64,000 nt of DNA from an uncultured delta proteobacterium. Its GTDB lineage: Bacteria; Desulfobacterota; RBG-13-43-22. The stretch lies in NCBI GenBank assembly GCA_963743305.1, contig CAVUPH010000019.1, positions 1 through 64,000 of the forward strand. Reading direction: 5' to 3'. Positions 28,176 through 40,103 of the stretch are shown one piece after another (the stretch's first letter is position 1; the number at the start of each line of letters is the position of its first letter). The notes under the pieces were generated by a model. The model saw only the letters and a program-made list of their open reading frames with translations. It did no database searches and had not been told where the DNA came from. A program made the position numbers and the translations under genes.

Positions 28176-30680
28176 GTCTCCACGAGCACAGGCACAGCGA
28201 TTTGGTTGGCTATTGCAGTATAAAGGTCAACATCGATCTCTGGTGCGCGAATGGAAACGATCAAAGTGTAACGTGCCGCCTTGTCATAACGCTCAAGACG
28301 AAGCCGCGTCTTCCACCATCCAAGCGCCGGATAGACTGCCAGAGTACCCCGACTGGCAAGATCAGCCGCGCTGCCCGCCAGATGTCGGAATGCAGATGAT
28401 CCCTTGTGGCGATTTTGTTTGCCGATTAACCACCCAGGATCATCACCGCCGTGCGCGTACCCTCTTCCTCATCCCGTGCCGCCGCATTGATCCGTGACCG
28501 AAAATCGTCTTCCGATTCGTACGGGCGTTTTACGTCAAAACGCAGCCCATGGGATTCATAGCGGTATCGTGAACGAAAGTCGCGTGCCGAGGGGTTTGGT
28601 TCGATAAAATAGGACAGCGTGACCCGCATCTCCACCTGCGTTTCACCAAGTGCTTCAAGCTCCGTCAGCGGCCAGGGCAGTCGATGCAGGTTCATGTCTC
28701 TCAAGGTTGGCTGCTTTCTGCCCTCACGCTGAAAGGGATGTAACTGTGCTTCTACCACCATGGTGAGGGAATTTGAAACACTCCACAGGGCGCGATCCAG
28801 ATCAGGAACTCCAAATCCACAATGGCGAACAAGACTGTGCGTAATCATTCTTTGACGGATTGAGGTCGGGAAGAAAAAACGCCGCATGGCATCCGTCCAC
28901 TCCGCTGAGTGAACGATCAAGCCGCGTATGGATTCCGGCCAGAGGTCAGGATAAGCCGCCATCAATTGCGCTGCCATGCGCGCGGCAAGCGCCGTCGCTG
29001 CGCTGGTGGCGTTGGCTGTCGTAAACAACCGCTCTCTGGGCATATGGTGTGAAGTCAGAAGGCTCAAACTGGGCATCCAGACCGCCCCAAGAGCATCCTT
29101 GGCCGCGTTGCCGCCTTCGAATAATACGTCCGGTTTTAACGGCCAATGCGGTTCCCAGGTGGCTGAAGTCGTGCTGAAGGGACTCAATCCTCCGGCCGGC
29201 GCAATGGGACTGATAACCGCCAGTATCCGGCTCGGCAATATCGACAAGATTTGTATAGGCACCCACGGTCAAGGCATTCCATGCCTGAGCGGGATCGTGA
29301 ATGCCGTCGGTGCTGTTACTATCGGGAGAGTGCAGCCCAGGCATTCGGATCACGAATATTGCCAGCGGAAACTAGCAACAAGCGAGGGTTGGCGCCCTCT
29401 CCGTCCACATCCGCAGCCAAACGATCCACTGCTGCCGACCACGCCGAGGGACGGCCTCGATCTCGGTTATCCTCGGCGGTCACCGCCATGCCGAACACAC
29501 GCCGTCGATAGGGATCTGTAATTTCTGGACGAGAGACCGCCTCCGATGTCAAATAGCCGTGGTGCAGAGAATCGCCGACATTTCCACCATCGGCCTGCAA
29601 CAGTTTGACCGACTCCAGTCGATGCCCAATTTCGATGGGCGCGTCTGAGGCGAGTGCATCCGTCAGATCTCCTGCAAGGGCAAGACCCGCCATAGCGGTA
29701 CCGTGACCTTCAGTGTCATCCGTCCCCCATGCGGGTTCAACCGTGTGAAGATCGGAATCGGCAAGCGCCGGTGCAATCAGCGGATGACCGTTGTTGACCC
29801 CAGTATCGAGTAGACAGACGTAAGGCACTGAATCATCATTTTCAGAAAATCGGCAACGGGCGAGCAGTACATCCATCCACGCGGGCTGTTCTTCCGGAGG
29901 CAAGGAATCAAAGAACTCGGCTGTTTCCTTCGCCCGTCGGAGCTCGGCGATGCTATTGAGAATCATCATGGAGCGACGCATCACTGCGGCAGATGTTCGA
30001 ACCAGCAATACCGTTCGCTTCCGGGAACTCCAGTATCCCCGGCGCAACCTGGAAGCCCAGGGACTCGGCTAATCTGCGGAAATTTGCTACCGTAGCGGAA
30101 CGATCAGCGCGAACTGGAAGCCAGACCTCCCACCAGAAGATTTCATCATCTGTTGCCGGGAAAACCTCTGGAGTATCTGTCCACAGCGCGCGCAAACTGG
30201 CGGCGCGAATCTGCTGAATGGTGTTAACGAGGGCTTTATTGTCGCGAGCTCGCCCTATGCTGTCCCGTTTTTCACTCGAGATAGTCCCGAATCAGGTTTT
30301 CAAAATGTTCCAGCTTGCCGTCCGGCACGAAAACGGTCGCATAGGTCCGCTGCTCGCCATGCCTCACATTGAACAACTCAATGCCTTGATTTTCCCGAGA
30401 CAGGCTTTCAAAAGCCAACGCGATGTCCGGAAAGCTTTCAAATTCCAACCTGTAACCCAAAACCGCCCTCGAACCCGACATCCTCTTGGGTCCTGCGGGC
30501 GTTTTCCAACACAGGCTTGAGCGCCTCTATCTGACCAAGAAGCGCCGTGCCGTGGCGACGGCGGTCCCGCTCGGGAACCGGCACCCGTTCAATCCTCTGC
30601 CACGGCCGACTGAACCGCTCTGTCTCGACAAAGCCGTCAAGGATAAAGTGTCTTTTTTTCTGCTTGTTTTTGTCTGCCAT
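28172..30680 (-). CDS. S8 family serine protease (IetS-like), multiple frameshifts
   Basis: Triad motifs LLDTGVN, GHGTAMAG, NATSAAT; SAGN, PAQAWNALTVG, KPDVLFEGGN, VTLSYFIEPNP. Stop overlaps the helicase start (GTGA). Confidence 0.88.
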
Positions 30681-30701
30681 TTCAAGAAGGCGCCTTCTCC
30701 A

Positions 30702-31689
30702 CTATGTTTTCTTGCTCTGTTTGCCTGCAACGCCTTGGCGCTCGATCAACATCTTGCCAATATCGGCCTCGGTGACGAGCTCGCGATCAAGGATCAGCGC
30801 TTCTTTAAGAACCTCTTCGGCAGCCCGGGCGACCTCCGCATAGCTCAGTCCGGCAGCGGATTTAGCAAGTCGTTTCCAGGAAACGCCTTTGGCGGATAAA
30901 CGGAACAGTCTTGCCCGTAGCAAAGCAGCGATCTGTATTTCTGCGGGTAGTTCGTAATGGAGCACATCATCGAATCGGCGAAACAGTGCGTGATCCAGAA
31001 TCTCAGCGTGATTGGTCGCCGCAACAATGAGACTATGGGATCGATCCTGCTCGATCATTTGCAGGAAACTGTTAAGCACACGTCGAATTTCACCAACGTC
31101 ATTCGCTAAGCCACGCTGGGAGCCAATGGCGTCAAACTCATCGAAGAAATAGATTCCGCGGGTTTGCCCTGTAGCCTCAAAAATCTGTCTGAGCTTGGCC
31201 GCCGTTTCCCCCATGAACTTAGTGATTAGTCCATCGAGACGGACCTCAAATAGCGGGATGCCCAACTCCCCCGCGAGAACCGAAGCTGTCAAGCGTCTTG
31301 CCGGTGCCTGGTGAACCCACCAGCAGGAGCTTGCGCCGCGGGGAGAGGCCATGTTCCAATATCCTCGCGGCATGGCGTTGTTCTCGAATAACACGTTGAA
31401 TCTGTTGTTCAAGGGCATTATTCAAGACCATATCCGACAGTCGTGCCTTGGGATAGGAGACTGTCAACAGATTGGCCAACTCACCCCGAGGCCTACTGAT
31501 TGGAGTCGGTTGCCCCGAACCTTGGCGAAGTTTGGCCTCGTCGATCAGCGCGCGCAAATCCTCAGCCAGTTGTCCATGCCCCAACTTCGCCTCATGTGCG
31601 GCGAGTTGCATTGCTACAGAGAAGAACTGTTGATCATTGCCTTCTATGTGCGATTTAAGCAGTGCCTTCAATTGGTTAGCACTTGCCAT
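30702..31689 (-). CDS. AAA+ ATPase (IetA-like), one frameshift
   Basis: GSPGTGKT, LITKFMGETAAKLR, FFDEFDAIG, RRVLNSFLQ, AATNH, LFRRFD. Confidence 0.9.
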
Positions 31690-31719
31690 GGTTTATTCTC
31701 CTTTTCTACTTAAACCTCA

Positions 31720-34675
31720 TTATACCTTAAACACCTTCATCACTTCATCCCCCAAATGATTGATCACCTTCACCGCAATTCGGCCGGATTTGGGTTTGTC
31801 GAAGGGCCGGGAGGTGTCGCTGTTCAGGGTTGCCCAGGCTTCTTCGTTGACTTCGGCTTTGAGGGTGGTTTTGAGGGATTTGTAGGGATCGTTGGCTCCC
31901 AGGAAGTAGGCGTGGCGGACGAAGAAGCTTTCTTCGTTGTAGTCGGTGTCGATAAACCAGCAGGCGATGCCTTCGGGACCGTCGCTGCGGACTTCGCCGG
32001 TGGTGGGGTGGAAGACATCGACGCCGTTGACTTTGACCTGGATTTGTCCGTCTGCGGCGTCGAGGATGTCGATGTCCGGCTCGCCGAAGATGACGAACAG
32101 ATTGCCCTTGCCGGTGTTCTTGAGGTCGTCGGCCATGTGCAGGTCGGCGTTCATCCGGGCCTTGAGGACGGGGATGCGGCCGAGTTTGTTGAATTCCGAG
32201 GAGTGGGCGTCGTAGTTGAAGGCGCAGGTGATCAGGACATCGAAGCCCCCGTCGCCGGCCTCCCGGGCGGCGGCGACCAGGTCGGGGCGGGAAACGGTGC
32301 CGAATTCGGGGCCGATGAAGATGGCGGCCCGCTTCTCGATTAGGCCTCCTCACCCCCGTATCGAGTACGGGGCAGGCTCTGCCCTCTCCCCCCGGGGGCG
32401 AGGGTTCTAACGAAGTGCCTTCAATATAACGGCCTTCGGCGCAGATCAGCTCGCCCGGCCAGGGGGTGAGGGAGGTAAATACAATCTTGTCTTCCTTGTG
32501 GGCCTGCTGGACCCCGGCGGTCTTGAGGTTTTCCAGAATCATCCGGGTAAAGTCTCTTTCCTCCCCGTAGCCGGCCTTGGGATCAGCGAGGCCGTCGATT
32601 AGATCGTCGTTCTCGTCCACCCCCAGTACGCGGTGCGGCGACAGGCTTTCGACGGTGAATGGCCCGGCCACACGAACCGTTTTCTTATCCTCATAGGGTT
32701 TGTCGTAGAGGTATTCGAATTCGGCCTTGGCGGCGATGGAGGCATCGATTTCCTTCTGCCGGGCAATGCGCTGCTGCCACCACTGGGCGTGCAGCTTCTT
32801 CGCCTCCTCAGGCCATTTGTCGTCTGCCTCGCGAGGGATTTCCCATTCTTCCCATGGATGTTTTTCTCCCTCTCCGCCTGGCGGGAAGGGCTGAGGGTCG
32901 ACGGGGGAAACCCGTCTCCAGGGCGCGAATGTTCAACTTTTCCCGCAGCGGTTCCAATTTTTCCTGGAACTTCTCCCAAATGACATCGATCTCGGCGTTG
33001 TTGGCAATGGACTTGAGGGTGATGTGCGGTACCCGTTCATAGACAAAGCCCTGGCGGATGTCGCCGCGGGTGGGCTGGCTCGATGGCGCGGTGCGGGTAA
33101 CTTCGGCCTCCTTGAGTTGCCCGTCCGGCTGTCGGCAAGCAGGTAGTACTGATAGCGGGCACCCATGATGCGGGCACGGGCCAGCGCCAGGGCCACGCGG
33201 GAGGTGTCAATGGTGATCCAGCGACGGCCCCATTGTTCGGCGACATAGGCGGTGGTGCCGGAACCGCAGGTGGGGTCGAGGACGAGGTCGCCGGGGTCAG
33301 TGGTCATGAGGATGCAGCGTTCAACAACCTTCGTGCTGTTTGAACAACATAGATCTTCTCATCCGCGCAACGTCCTGATCAGTGTCATCCCAAATGATTC
33401 GCTAATGCCGATAACCGGAAAATCATCCGCAAGATCGCCGACACATCGAAGTGTTCCGTTCGGCCTTGTCAAGTCGGTCGCATTTAGCAAGTCGATCGAA
33501 GCCCGACTGCGGTTGTTTTCCAGTCGTTCCTTGTGACGTGCCGTGAAATCTTCCTGATAACTCAAGTAACTGTCGACGTGGATTCGCTGATCTCGAGCGA
33601 CGTAGGCTGATATAGATTATCTCCATCTGGAAGTAGCTTGGTTCTCTGCAGTTCTTCTCCTCAGCAGTGTGCCAATCCGCAAATCCGAATCTGGTCAGCT
33701 AGCGTATTGAATCGTGCCTCCTCGCCAACGATCACTGTCTTCGAATAGACGCTGCGTAACTTTGACCGATCCAGTATTCTTGGCAATACCAAACAATGTA
33801 GTCGAACATGTTCGGATACAATCAGCTGCTGAGCCACCTGTCTTTTTGACCGCAATCATGACTACATGAAGTTGTCCTCCCCAAACACCTCATCCATCAA
33901 CGCCCGCACACGATGGACATTTTCATCCCCAATCTGCACGAAGATCGACCCGGAATCGGTGAGCAGATCGCGCGCCACGGTGAGGCGGTCGCGGAGGTAG
34001 GTGAGGTAGCTAGTGGATGCCGTCGCGCCAGGTGTCGCGAAAGGCCTTCACCTGCTCCGGCTCGCGGGTGATGTGGTCGGCGTTGCCGTCCTTCACATCG
34101 CGGCTGGTGGTTGACCACTGGAAGTTGGAGTTGAACTTGATGCCGTAGGGCGGGTCGATGTAGATGCACTGCACCTTACCGCGCAGTCCTTCCCGTTCGG
34201 CCAGCGAGGCCATCACCTGGAGGCTGTCGCCGAGGATCATGCGGTTGGACCAGTTGGCGTCGTGCTGGTAGAACTCGGTCCGGGCGCTCTCGCTGGGCAG
34301 GCCGTTGAAATCGGCAAAGAGGTCGAGCTGCGGCTCGGCGTCCTTCTTGTCGGCCTGGGAGCGGCGCAGCAGGTCGTCGATCAGCACCTTGGGGTGGACC
34401 TTCTCCTGGATGTAAAGCGGCGGGGCCTGGACCACCAGGTCCGACCAGTCCTGCTCGTCCTTGCCGCGCCAGACCAGTTGGGGGTCCAGATCGCGGTTGC
34501 GGCGCTGTTTTTCTTCGTCGAGCCCGGTTGCCCCCCGTTCATAGGCAACCCGGATCGGGCTTTCGACTTCCTTGGCCACGACCGACTGGTATTCGGCGGT
34601 GGGGATGTTCTTCCGGGTCGCCTCGTCGTGGGTGAGGGTTTCGACGGATTTGCTGGCGGTTGGTTTCTTGGCCAT
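31720..34675 (-). CDS. Site-specific adenine DNA methyltransferase (type III Mod-like, large), multiple frameshifts
   Basis: [41 protein letters not shown]-terminal [13 protein letters not shown]. Confidence 0.88.
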
Positions 34676-34789
34676 AGTTTTTATCCTTGCTGTCCCATAT
34701 ATCTCACCCCTTTGTTGCCCTTTCGTGACGGGTTTGGCGGGTTCATGACGGGTTCCTGTTGACGCGTTTGTGGCCCCATTCGGTCGGGT

Positions 34790-36389
34790 TTATGTCTGGT
34801 TCCATTGAGCCATGAGCCGATCAATGGCCCATTTGACAGGGTTGTGGCACGATTGGGAATGCCCTTTTGCCCCTTTGATGCCCCATTCAAAATTCGAGTC
34901 ATTGCCCCTTTGAGCCCCTTTGATGCACTCCTTTGGCCAATTGACATAATACACGCCTTTACCGCGTGCGTTCACTCGCTTGTTCAAGGATCCCTTTCAG
35001 CGACCAGTATCGTCCAAGTCACGTGAGGCGGTCTGACGCTTATGCCTCGGTACTCTTCCTGATACCTTCGCGTTTGTGAGTCGTCCTTCTGATCTCCAGG
35101 TAATGGACCAGCCTGTCTAACTGCCGCTCATTCAGGTTGAAGACCGGCCAGCACCTCCGACGTCAGCCAATCACGCCAAAGGGTGATGACGAATGAGCCG
35201 CTACGTTGCTCGAATTGCGGCTCCGGCAGACCAGCGGACCGGCAAAGTTCGATCATGCGTTGGGTGCCTGATCCGGCCTTTTCAATGTATCGCGTCAGGT
35301 AAAGCGACTCAGCAATAAGGGGGTTGTTGGGCACCGAAGGGTGATCATTGCGCAGGTCGTCGAGCGTCAGCGTTCCCGGGAGTCTGCCGGGGTTCCAGAC
35401 TTCGAGACGGTCGGTGAAGAGACGGACTTCAACAGAGGCGTTACTGTGGTAATCTCGATGGGCTATGGCATTGACAATCGCTTCGCCCACGGCGTCTGGA
35501 GGCAATTCGTAGGTTGCCGGCGCGGTGATGCTGGTGGCGCGGGTGCCGATGGAACGGTTGATTTTGGCAAGAACGAAATCTCGGGCCTGATTCGCCTGAT
35601 CGAAGAGATCGCCCCCGTACATCTGCAAGGAGGCAAACGGGCGGCGGTATTCCAGTGCCATGGCAGTGGATGCACTTGGTTTCGGCGGTACGGTGAAAGC
35701 GCTGGGGATTCGTGCCAAACAACAGCATGGCGGCATTGGTCGGCTTGCCGTGTTCGAACAGGTTCAGATGGGTGAGCAACGCCTGGGTAGTCGTGTTGGA
35801 CTTGAGAGGAAAGCCGCGTTCACGGCGGGCGGTTTCCAAAAACCAATCAACGCGCTTGCGCGAGAGGTGCTGCAGGGTGGCGCCGTCACAAGCGGAAGTA
35901 TCAAACGGAGGGACGCGCAGAGCCCCCATGCCGTCGAGGTAGTCAACGAGGCTGGCGTAGACTTCGGAGCACAGGGCGCTGAAGTCTTCGATTCGGCGGC
36001 GGATCAGTTCGCTGCTGGCCTTGCTGACCAAGTTGCCGCATTTTAGGCGCACGCCTTTTTTCATCCGAACCCCATACATAGACCAGTCGGGTTTTCCGGT
36101 GCTTGGCGGCGTGGTTGTATTCATGTTCGGTCGGAGAGACGCCGTCCTGGTCTTCATAGCCGTATTCATAGCCGAAAATTCCCAGATAAATGTCACAGCG
36201 CTCCACTTGTTCGAGATAAACCTGATCCGCACGGCGGTCTTTGGCTGGAAGTTCCTCAAAAAGAAAAACTTCGGAAACGAAACGGTGCAGGAAGGCATCG
36301 CCGAGAAGAAAGGCCTTCAAGTCCAGGCGAATTTGTTTAAATTCCTTCTGGACACTGCTGACGAATATTTTCAGACGTACCGGCTTCAC
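34790..36389 (-). CDS. DUF4062 + RecG-C-like ATP-binding/HTH protein, frameshifted; 3' end approximate
   Basis: KIFVSSVQKEF, CDIYLGIFGYEYG, SPTEHEY; EAIVNAIAHRDY, RLEVWNPG, NNPLIAESL, EKAGSGT. Confidence 0.8.
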
Positions 36390-39300
36390 GCTGCACCCTT
36401 CGCGATACCTTCGATCATCTTATTGAACTCGCTTTCGACCTTTGCCTCGAAGTCGGCTTCGATCTGGTAGACCTCGGTGAACTCGGCAAAGGCCCAGCGG
36501 CCATAGGCTGCCCAGGTTGTTCACACCGGGCACCCAGTAGGTCTCCATGGTGGCCTTTTTCTCTTTGGCGTCCTCACGCCGGTAGCCCTTGATCTCGACG
36601 ATCAGGTGGAGCAGGTCGTCCTCCCCGTGGCCATCGTCCACCAGCACGATGAAGTCAGGGATGTAGGTGCGCTTCTCGGAGCCGTAGCGGTAGGGCACTT
36701 CCAGGCCGAGGTTGTGGTTTTTGACGTAGGCTCTGACCCGCGGATGGGACTCGGCCACGCGGCAGAATTCGGCCTCCCAGTCGCTGTCGAGGATGACCCA
36801 GTTGACGTGGCAACGGCGGGCGTCGGTCTCCCAGCGGTCCCGTCTTGGAGGTGTTGAAGTTCACGTGGATGGTGGAGCCGGTGGGGTTGTAGGGATCGAG
36901 CACGGCCTTGATCGGCCGTTCGTCCTCCAAGGCCCGGGTGATGCCGGCGGTAATGCGCTCGCAGGCCATGTCGGCCAGCGTCCAGGTACATAAGCTGGGC
37001 CGGATAGGTGCCGCCTTTGCAGACCAGGCAGGTATCGAGCCACTGCTCTGGTGATCCGCTTGAGCTGGCCGAAGAGGTAGAGCTTTGGGTTCCTCGCCGG
37101 GATCGCGCCATTTGGTGTAGAGCAGGCGCTGGGTGAGGTGGAAGAGGAGCGTCGAGCGGCGGAGGTCGCCGGTATGGACCAGGTTGAGATCAACCCCTTC
37201 ACCGATGATGCCCTTCGTTCCTGGTGATCGAAGGGCCAACGAGATCCGGGGTCAGCTCCAGCACGGAGTCGTCATTGAACTCGGCAGTAAGCCGTTCCTC
37301 CGGCAGTTCAACCCGATACCCGGCCACACGGGGAAAGCGGATTTCGAGGGCATCGCGGTCGGGACGAACGGCCTTGACCTGGATGGTCTCGCGGGGCGGC
37401 TGCGGAGGCGCAACCACCGGTTTGGCAGTGAAATCGAAGGGGATGCCCAGCACATCGGCGTATTCGACGTTGAACAGGTCCTCCTCATTGAGATCGTAGG
37501 ACTGGCGGCGCAGGGCACGGCCGATGACCTGCTCGCACAGAAGCTGGGTGCCGAAGGCGCGCACGCCCAGCACATGGGTGACGGTGCTGGCGTCCCAGCC
37601 CTCGGTGAGCATGGAAACCGACACCACGCAGCGAATCGAGTCGCCGAGGCGGCCGTACTTGCCGACGGTGTTCATGACTTCCCGGAGCAGGTCCTGATCG
37701 GTGAGGTTCTCGGCCTGACGGCGGTCGCCGGTGCGTTCGATGATCTCGCGACGGAAGCGCTCGATCTCGTCGGCGGCCATGGTGCGGAAGTTGTCGTCCA
37801 GCGCATCCCCGGATTCGAGCTGTTCGCTGTCGATCAGAAGCGTGCGCGGACGGGCAATCGGGTTGCCGTGTTCGTCGAAATTCCGGAATAAGGCCAGACG
37901 GCCGTTTTCAAGGGTGGTGGAGCCGTCTTCGTTCTCCCGCTGGAAACCGGAGATGTAGTCGTAGACCAGCTTCGAGGTGGAGGTGTTGTTGCAGACGACG
38001 ATGAAGCAGGGAGGAACCTTGATGCCGCTTTTCTGCCAGAGGTCGAAGGTTTTTGCGTAGTGGCCGTAAAGCGCTTCCAGGGCGGTCTGGAGTTCTACGG
38101 GAATGCTCAACGGATCGAGGGTTTTGGCTTTGCCCCGGCCTTTTTTGGGCATCTTCGGCCCGATGTGCTTCCATAACTCTCGGAACCTGGGCATCTCCCC
38201 GCCGGGGATGTTGTCCGCCACGGGCACGCGCGGGCAGTTTGACGATCCCGCATTCGATGGCGTCCATCAGCGAGAAGTCGCTCATCGTCCAGGGAAACAG
38301 CGTGCCCTCGGCATAGCCCGAGCCGCGCAGGAAAAAGGGTGTGGCCGACAGGTCAATGACCTGGTTTAGCCCGAGCTTGCGGTTGACGGATTCAAGGCCG
38401 GAGATCCAGACACGGGCGGCCTCGTTGTTCTTCTCGGCTTCCTTCCTTTCGTCGCCTTTCAGGTCTTGCTTCATCCACCTGCGCCAGGCTTTTCGCGGTA
38501 GCAGTGGTGGGCCTCGTCGTTGATCACCAGGATGTTCTTCATGCCCATCAAGGCCGGCATCACCCGCTGGAGCATCTGCCCCTCGGTTTCGAGGGTGTTG
38601 AGCGCTTCCCCCCGGCCCTGAAGCAGGGAACGTCCACCCTTGGACAGCTCCATGCGCTCGCGCAGCTTGAAGGCATGGTAATTGGTGATGACGATCTTGG
38701 CCCGTTCGAGGTCGCCCAGCATATCGCTCGGAACCAGCTCACGGCTCTGATAGTAGCTGTCCGGATCGTTGGGCTGGAGTACGCGCAGTCGGTCACGGAT
38801 CGTCAGACCGGGGGTCACGATCAAAAATCCCCGGGTGAATTTCTTGCTGTTCGGTCGGCGCACGGCATTGATGGTCTGCCAGGCAATCAGCATGGCCATG
38901 ACGGTGGTCTTGCCGGCGCCGGTGGCCAGTTTCAGGGCCAGTCGCATCAACTCCGGATTGGCATCGTTGTTGGCATTGGCCAGGTGCTCCAGGAACATGC
39001 TCCCGGCCTTGCCTGCCTTCGGAGCCACCTCGGTCAGCCAGATAGCGGTTTCAACCGCTTCGACCTGACAGAAGAACGGCCGAATTCCGTTGAACCGGTG
39101 ATGCCGCCAGTGCTGAAGCAGGCGGGCGGTTTCGGGCGTGACCTGCCAGTTATTCGGATTGGGGAGGCTTCGCCATTGATCCACCTGATGACGCAGTTCA
39201 TTGATGATCGGAGTGGGGTCGTACTGCTGCTCCTGGGTCGAAAGCCCCTTGCCTTCGTCGAAGACCAGTTGCTGCTGCTGGGCCGGTCCCTTGCGTTTTC

Positions 39301-39450
39301 TGGGCTTTGGAATCGGCGTGATGAACTCGGCACGACGGCGGCTCTTAATGATCTGCTGGGTCGGCTGGCCTTCATCATCAAGCTCCCAGTGTCGACCGGG
39401 TATTCGTAAGGGGAGTTGAGGATCGGCTTTTCGAAAAATCGATTTTCCAT
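36386..39450 (-). CDS. Type III-like restriction endonuclease/helicase subunit (Res), multiple frameshifts
   Basis: FFEKPILNSPY, RPFFCQVEAVET, KLATGAGKT, INDEAHH, DLSATP, SMLTEGWD, EQVIGRALRR, C-terminal PDFIV...VEIKG nuclease motif. Confidence 0.9.
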
Positions 39451-39935
39451 ATCCAATCCTTCTGAGGTTACGGGTGAGTGGAAAAAGAAAAACGAAATTA
39501 ATCAGATAGCCTGGGAATAGCATATCCCAACCCTGTTGTCAATGTAAGGAAAGTGGACCTTTGGTCCCTGATCCGGTCCTGGATCGCTATTCTAACTTTA
39601 ACTCTTTCCCTGACTCTACCCCTTAGATCTGGCTGCCGCCCAGTTTATATCTATTCCGTCGCCGAATAGACTGGCTGGCCCCCCCAGAGAGAAGATGCGA
39701 TCATTATTGAAGCGAAGGGATTTCTTGGTTCCAGCGGGGGTTCCCCCACCCCCTAACCCCCTCCCGCCAGGGGAGGGGGGATTCCTTATCTCATTGATAT
39801 TGTGACCATCCTTGATATTAGTGATTCATTTTAGCCAGTTATGAGCCAATTCGTGGAGAGGGCGGCGTGTTTTTTCGCACCCTTAAGAAATGTCTCCTTC
39901 GTCCCTATAATTTCCCCTTCGTGGCGGATAGCATA

Positions 39936-39995
39936 GGGATTGCTTCGTCGCTTCACTCCTCGCATTGACGGTTCGGGGGGGCTTTTCGCGAATCC
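39936..39995. repeat. Half copy of the GATTGCTTCGTCGC...CTCGCA.TGAC palindromic element
   Basis: Matches the right arm of 13541-13668. Confidence 0.75.
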
Positions 39996-40103
39996 GTCAG
40001 AATTGTTAGTGAGGCGGATCATTGAAGTTGACAGAACGGGGTTTTTTCGTTATGAACACTATGGAAGAAAGCGCCGTCCCAAAGGCGTTCAGTAGGAGTC
40101 CGA

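Larger units (their letters stand above)
23282..39450. mobile_element. Putative defence island between rimO and ispB
   Basis: Contiguous RM, TA and AAA/protease genes flanked by housekeeping genes. No integrase seen. Confidence 0.65.

Noticed and set aside
34681-34987. Independent small genes or a repeat array (GCCCCTTTGA units)
   Set aside because: Better explained as the low-complexity, frameshifted C-terminal tail of the DUF4062-ATPase gene.
23282-39450. Prophage or conjugative element
   Set aside because: No structural, integrase, relaxase or T4SS genes seen.
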